Shown here in pieces: positions 59,317 through 64,000 of a stretch of DNA of 64,000 nt. Location of the stretch: positions 384,001 through 448,000 of the forward strand of contig CAWFXA010000003.1 in the NCBI GenBank assembly GCA_963819655.1. Reading direction: 5' to 3'. Position numbers and translations under genes: made by a program. Below the pieces are notes generated by a model. It saw nothing but the letters and a program-made list of their open reading frames with translations, was not told the origin of the DNA and did not search any database. Origin of the DNA: an uncultured Chloroflexia bacterium. GTDB lineage: Bacteria; Chloroflexota; Limnocylindria; Limnocylindrales; CSP1-4. Positions within the stretch are counted from its first letter, which is position 1; each line of letters starts with the position of its first letter.

Positions 59317-59936
59317 GCCCGAGCCCGCGGCCCCACGACGTCCAGTTCTTCTCGTCACCGGACGAGCTACGCGACTGGTTCGATGCGAACCATGCGACGG
59401 CCACGGAACTGTGGCTTGGCCAACACCGCAAGTCGACGGGTCGACCGACCATCGCCTGGACCGAAGCTGTCGATGAGGCGCTGTGCGTCGGCTGGATCGA
59501 TGGCGTCCGCTACAGCCTGGACGACGAACGGTTCGCGCAACGCTTCACGCCTCGGCGAAAGGGCAGCAACTGGAGCGCGATCAACGTTCAGAAGGTGGCC
59601 GACCTGACAGCGCAAGGTCGCATGAGGCCGGCGGGTCTCGCCGCGTTCGAGGCCCGGACGCCCGAGAGGACCGGGGTCTACTCCTACGAGCGCGAGGCCG
59701 TCGCGCTCACGGACGACGAGAACACGACGATCAAAGCGAACGCAGCAGCCTGGGCTGACTGGGAGCGCCGTCCGCCGTCCTACCGTCGGGCTGCGACGCA
59801 CTGGATCGTGAGCGCCAAGAAGCCGGAGACACGAGCCCGCCGGCTGCAGACCCTGATCGAGGATTCGGCAGCCGCTCGCCCTGTGGCGCCATTGCGTCCA
59901 CGACGCGGAGCGAATGTCAACGCGGATGGCGGTTGA
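59313..59936 (+). CDS. YdeI/OmpD-associated family protein
   Basis: LRDWF..NH, AVDEALCVGWIDG, FTPRR..SNWS..N, SAKKPETRARRL. Confidence 0.88.
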   Translation: MSPSPRPHDVQFFSSPDELRDWFDANHATATELWLGQHRKSTGRPTIAWTEAVDEALCVGWIDGVRYSLDDERFAQRFTPRRKGSNWSAINVQKVADLTAQGRMRPAGLAAFEARTPERTGVYSYEREAVALTDDENTTIKANAAAWADWERRPPSYRRAATHWIVSAKKPETRARRLQTLIEDSAAARPVAPLRPRRGANVNADGG

Positions 59937-60359
59937 TCAGACGGCTTCGGCTCGCTCCTTGAGGCCGTTCGCGAACATGTCGAATGACGGCTGCAGGTCG
60001 GGCATGCTCCGCCACATCATCCCGAGCAACGGGCCGCTGTATTCCTCGCGCATGTGGAACCTTGTGGAACCGTCGCCCTGCGCGTCCAGCGTGTACGTCC
60101 GAACTCCCTTGAAGAGTCCGAGCGGCATCCCGCCGCTGAAGACCAGCTTCGAGGAAGGCTCGAACGTCGTGACTTTGACCGGGAACGCGCGGCCGGGCGC
60201 CGCCTTTGAATGGATCTTGATGGTCTCGCCCGGCGCGATCTGACCCTCGACCTTGTCCACGCCCGAACCCCATGTGGCCCAGCCGCCCGAGTCGGTCAGG
60301 ATCGACCAGACGCGATCGGGTTGCGCGCCGATGACCGCTCCTGCCTCATAGGCTCGCAT
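59937..60359 (-). CDS. SRPBCC/polyketide-cyclase-like protein
   Basis: I.A.PDRVWSILTD...W.TW, E.YSGPL, FANGLKERAE; GGAGG SD. Confidence 0.85.
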   Translation of the reverse strand: MRAYEAGAVIGAQPDRVWSILTDSGGWATWGSGVDKVEGQIAPGETIKIHSKAAPGRAFPVKVTTFEPSSKLVFSGGMPLGLFKGVRTYTLDAQGDGSTRFHMREEYSGPLLGMMWRSMPDLQPSFDMFANGLKERAEAV

Positions 60360-60402
60360 CGCCTTGCACCTCCCACATCGAACGCCCCTATCGGTCGTCA
60401 AT

Positions 60403-60420
60403 GGTAACAGGTTGGTTACC
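60403..60420. promoter_or_regulatory. Palindromic operator candidate upstream of the SRPBCC gene
   Basis: GGTAAC-AGGTTG-GTTACC inverted repeat overlapping a minus-strand TACCAT -10 box. Confidence 0.5.
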
Positions 60421-60437
60421 GATCAACGCAGGGTCGC

Positions 60438-61071
60438 TCAATCCCCGAGGCACCCCGGAACCCCGGCCTCGGCAGGCGGTGCAGCGTCGATCGGCACCTC
60501 GATCACGGTCTGTCCCAGCGCATCCAGGCCGAGGACCTTCGTTCCCACCGGCCACTCTCCGGGCCACCACGCGAGATACCAGCCGTTCGCGAACGACGCG
60601 GTGATCGGCGGGCAGCCCGGTAGAGCGATGAGGACACGGGCGATTCCCGGGCCGACGCGCCCCGAATTGGTGCTGGCCTCAGCCGAGCCGTACCCGCCGT
60701 GCTGCTCGATCTCGTTGGCTGGCAGGGGATACCCACTCCGCTTCGCCGAAGCCCGTGCCGCCGCCACCGCCCGCGACGGCCCCCGTCGCGTCGATGGTCA
60801 TGCCCCAGCACGCCGCCGTGACGCGCTTCGGTCCCGCGTACTGAGCCTCGATCTTCCCGGCGCCGCGCACATCGATCACGACCAGCTGGGCTTCCTGCGG
60901 AAACTCAGGGAACGATCCGCGACATGTCTGATCGACGTCATCGACCAGCGTGCCGGGCAGCGCCAAAGGGACGGGTTGCCACGGTCCGACGACCTCCTTG
61001 GGAACGTTCGGGCCGCCGCACGCCGCCGCGACGAGCATGGATGCCGCAACGAGAGCCACCGGACGCGCCAC
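60438..61071 (-). CDS. Hypothetical lipoprotein (1-bp frameshift at G4 run 60725-60728)
   Basis: Lipobox LVAAAC; ORFs 60679..61152 and 60438..60767 join into 210 aa if one base is removed; TACACT 6 nt before GTG. Confidence 0.6.
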
Positions 61072-61123
61072 GCGGTGAGTGTATGCGCGACCCAAGGGGC
61101 GGTCCGTGCCCGATAATGCCGCC

Positions 61124-61513
61124 ATGCCGCCGATCGCCGAGCTGACCCGCATCGAGCCCTATCACCTCTCCCGTCTCGAGGCGCAGGGCACGTTCACGAC
61201 CGGGCTTCTGCTGGAGCGATCCGAGACGACGACCCGCCGGCAATACCTCGCCGACCAGGTCGACGCCACGACGAACGACGTCCTCGACTGGCGCGACGAG
61301 GCCCTGATGCTGAACCTGGCGAGCTTCGGCCCGGACGACCATCAGCTGCTGATCCAGGCCGGGATCGAGGGGTTGCGCGACATCCTGCGCCTGTCGGGCG
61401 ACGGGTTCCGGGACCGCATCCACGTCGCGGCGATCGAGCTCAATCGCGAGCCACCGGACGACCTCACGCTGGCCGGCTGGTGGGAGCAGGCGAAGACACT
61501 CGAAGAGGAGTAG
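61124..61513 (+). CDS. DUF4332-like helix-hairpin-helix protein
   Basis: I.EL..I......L...G..TT..LL, LDW...A.ML.L...G, LL..AGI, W.EQAK. Confidence 0.7.
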   Translation: MPPIAELTRIEPYHLSRLEAQGTFTTGLLLERSETTTRRQYLADQVDATTNDVLDWRDEALMLNLASFGPDDHQLLIQAGIEGLRDILRLSGDGFRDRIHVAAIELNREPPDDLTLAGWWEQAKTLEEE

Positions 61514-61549
61514 CCGGCCCACGCCGACGCCTCGGGCTACGATGCCCGC

Positions 61550-62245
61550 GTGCGCATCCTCCTGACCCGCGTGGCGGACCTCTGGATCGCCGTTGCGACC
61601 GGACTCGCGATCGTGGCACTGACCCTGCCGCTGTTCCTCAACCCCGTCTGGGTGGCGTTCGAGCAGGGACGTGCACAGGCGACGGCGTGGACCGGGTACT
61701 CGGAGCCGCAGCTGCGTCAGGCGACCGACGCGATCCTCGCCGACCTCGTCGTCGGGCCCCCGGATTTCGACGGAACGGTCGATGGGCAGCCGGTCCTCAA
61801 CGTACGCGAGCGTGCGCACATGCAGGACGTGCGTGGCGTGTTCGTCGGGTTCTTTGCAGCGGCGTTCGTGGCTGCGGTCGGGGCGGTGGCGATCGCGGCG
61901 AGGCGCCGTGGCGATGCGCGCCGAGGATCGTGGCGAGCGGTCCGCGGCGGGGCCAAGGGGCTGGCGATCGCCCTTGTCGTCGGGGGCGCGTTCGCCTTCG
62001 TCGCCTTCGACGCCCTGTTCGAGACGTTCCATCGCCTCTTCTTCGCGGGCGGGTCGTACTCGTTCGATCCCTCGACCGAGCGGCTCGTCCAGCTCTTCCC
62101 GTTCCAGTTCTGGCAGGAGACCGCGATCGCTGTCGGGGCGGTGTGCATCGTCGTGGCGGTCATCGTCGTCGCAGTCGCGTCGCGCCGGCTGACCGCCGGC
62201 ACGGCGACCTCGGTCACGGCGACCCTCGAGGGCTCGCGCCCATGA
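61550..62245 (+). CDS. DUF1461/TIGR01906 membrane protein (Lit-like lipoprotein transacylase)
   Basis: ERAHMQDVR, FETFHRLFF, F.P....LVQLFP..FW; 4 TM. Confidence 0.8.
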   Translation: MRILLTRVADLWIAVATGLAIVALTLPLFLNPVWVAFEQGRAQATAWTGYSEPQLRQATDAILADLVVGPPDFDGTVDGQPVLNVRERAHMQDVRGVFVGFFAAAFVAAVGAVAIAARRRGDARRGSWRAVRGGAKGLAIALVVGGAFAFVAFDALFETFHRLFFAGGSYSFDPSTERLVQLFPFQFWQETAIAVGAVCIVVAVIVVAVASRRLTAGTATSVTATLEGSRP

Positions 62246-63606
62246 GGCCCGACCGCCTGCTGACGGTCGAGGCAGCGCTCGAACGCGTGTTCGCCGCGAT
62301 CTCCAGCCCGACTGAACCTGAGCTCGCCTGGCTGTCCGAGTCTCTCGGTCGGGTGGCCGCGGAGCCCGTCACGAGTCCGATCTCGCTGCCACCCTGGGAC
62401 AACTCCGCGATGGACGGCTACGCGATCCGGGCGGCCGATATCGCCGCGGCGACCGAGGACGCGCCGGTCACCCTCGAGGTCACCGGAGAGGTGCGGGCGG
62501 GTCAGGCACCCGACACGACCGTTGGGCGCGGGACCGCGGTCCGCATCGCGACCGGCGCGCCTGTGCCCCCGGGTGCCGACGCGGTCATCCAGGTCGAGGC
62601 CACGACCCCCCTCGACGCGACCGGCGCCCCCGCGGGTGAGCGCGGCCGGGATGCGACGGGTCCACTGCCAGCGCGGATCGCCGCTCACGCGGCCATCCCG
62701 GTCGGGGGCGCGATCCGGCGGCAGGGCAGCGACCTCAGCGCCGGCGCGCCGGTCATCGATGCTGGCACGGTCGTCACGCCTGCGGTCATCGGGCTGGCAG
62801 CGGGTGTCGGACTCGAGAACCTCTACGTCCACCGCCGGCCGCACGTCAGCATCCTGGCGACCGGCGACGAGGTCCGCGGCCGCGGCACCCAGCTCGGTCC
62901 GGCGGGCATCCCCGACGCCAACGGACCGTCGTTGATGGCCATGGTCGAGGCCGCCGGCGGTCACCCGGATACGCTCGGGATCGCGGCGGACCGCTTCGAC
63001 GACGTCCGGGCGCGCCTGTGTGCGGGGCTGGTCGGCGGCGCGGACGCCATCATCGTGTCGGGCGGCGTGTCGGTCGGGCCGTACGACGTCGTGCGCACGG
63101 CGTTCGAGGAGTTCGGCACGATCGATCTGTGGCGGGTCGCCGTCCAGCCTGGGAAGCCATTCGCGTTCGGGACCGCCCGCGCGCCCGGTGACGACGGCAC
63201 CGACCCGGATCGACCGGCGACGCTCCTGTTCGGGCTGCCGGGCAACCCCGTCTCGACGTTCGTGACCTTCGAGCTGTTCGTGCGGCCCGCTCTGCGTCGG
63301 CTCGCCGGCCACCGCGACGACGACATCCATCGGCCGGTCGATCGTGCGGTCCTGACCGAGGACGTCACCAAGAGCAGCGGGCGACGAGGCTTCATCAGGG
63401 TGACGGCGGAGCGCGACGATCGCGGAAGCCCGCGCCGGGACGACCGCGGTCGAGTGCATGTCCGTCTGGCCGGCGGTGCCGGTGGGCAGGGGAGCCACGT
63501 GCTGTCTGCGCTGGCCACGGCCGATGCCCTCGCCGTCATCCCCGAAGAGCACGACACGCTTCCCGCCGGTGCCGAGGTCGAGCTGTGGTGGCTCGACCGG
63601 GCCTGA
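62242..63606 (+). CDS. moeA: Molybdopterin molybdotransferase MoeA
   Basis: [45 protein letters not shown]. Confidence 0.95.
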   Translation: MRPDRLLTVEAALERVFAAISSPTEPELAWLSESLGRVAAEPVTSPISLPPWDNSAMDGYAIRAADIAAATEDAPVTLEVTGEVRAGQAPDTTVGRGTAVRIATGAPVPPGADAVIQVEATTPLDATGAPAGERGRDATGPLPARIAAHAAIPVGGAIRRQGSDLSAGAPVIDAGTVVTPAVIGLAAGVGLENLYVHRRPHVSILATGDEVRGRGTQLGPAGIPDANGPSLMAMVEAAGGHPDTLGIAADRFDDVRARLCAGLVGGADAIIVSGGVSVGPYDVVRTAFEEFGTIDLWRVAVQPGKPFAFGTARAPGDDGTDPDRPATLLFGLPGNPVSTFVTFELFVRPALRRLAGHRDDDIHRPVDRAVLTEDVTKSSGRRGFIRVTAERDDRGSPRRDDRGRVHVRLAGGAGGQGSHVLSALATADALAVIPEEHDTLPAGAEVELWWLDRA

Positions 63607-63658
63607 CGCGCCGACCGGACGCTCCGCCCATCGACCGGGTCGCTATCCTCGGAGCGTG

Positions 63659-64000
63659 ATGGATCCGAAGCCCGGTCGACCGGTCGCCCCCCGCGCGGAG
63701 CGCCGCCGCCTGTCGCACGTCGACCGGACCGGTCGTCCGCGGATGGTCGATGTCTCCGGCAAGCCCGTGACCGCTCGGCGGGCCGTCGCGGAGGCGATCG
63801 TCACGATGTCGGCCGAGACGCTGAGCCTCGTCATCGATGGCGGCGGGCCGAAGGGTGACGTGCTCGGCGTGGCCGAGCTCGCCGGCGTCATGGGTGCCAA
63901 GCGCACCAGCGAACTGATCCCGCTCTGCCATCCGCTGCCGCTGACCGATCTGCAGGTGACGATCACGCCCGACCGGTCGACCAACTCGCTGCGGATCCGG
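63659..64000 (+). CDS. moaC: Cyclic pyranopterin monophosphate synthase MoaC (3' truncated by window edge)
   Basis: [40 protein letters not shown]. Confidence 0.93.
   Translation, partial: MDPKPGRPVAPRAERRRLSHVDRTGRPRMVDVSGKPVTARRAVAEAIVTMSAETLSLVIDGGGPKGDVLGVAELAGVMGAKRTSELIPLCHPLPLTDLQVTITPDRSTNSLRIR

Overview
High-GC (roughly 70%, estimated by eye) bacterial chromosomal segment made up mostly of co-oriented core genes: murE, relA/spoT, hisS, aspS, typA, iscS-mnmA, alaS-[FtsA-like]-[baseplate-J-like membrane protein]-ruvX-mltG-pepP, efp, xseAB, dxs, tlyA-nadK-recN-xerD, scpAB-rluB, cmk-plsC-ispH-der-gpsA, tRNA-Pro(GGG), moeA-moaC. Gene content and order suggest Chloroflexota, possibly Limnocylindria-like (inference only). 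No transposase, CRISPR array or prophage was found. Main points: (1) a translationally coupled module inside alaS-ruvX-mltG that pairs an orphan FtsA-like actin ATPase (no ftsZ nearby) with a bitopic protein carrying a phage baseplate-J-like ectodomain, a candidate uncharacterised cytoskeleton-envelope system; (2) a 122-bp hairpin-rich tandem array at 9.8-10.2 kb; (3) a secreted lysyl-oxidase-like enzyme with SLH-like anchors; (4) widespread leaderless promoters, with a -10 box 6-10 nt before the start codon; (5) three RDD paralogues, one ending in an Flp-pilin-like tail; (6) a small accessory patch after tRNA-Pro with a 121-bp duplication whose three differences are all synonymous; (7) four single-base frameshifts at homopolymer runs, most likely long-read errors. 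All product calls come from motif recognition by eye; no database searches were run.
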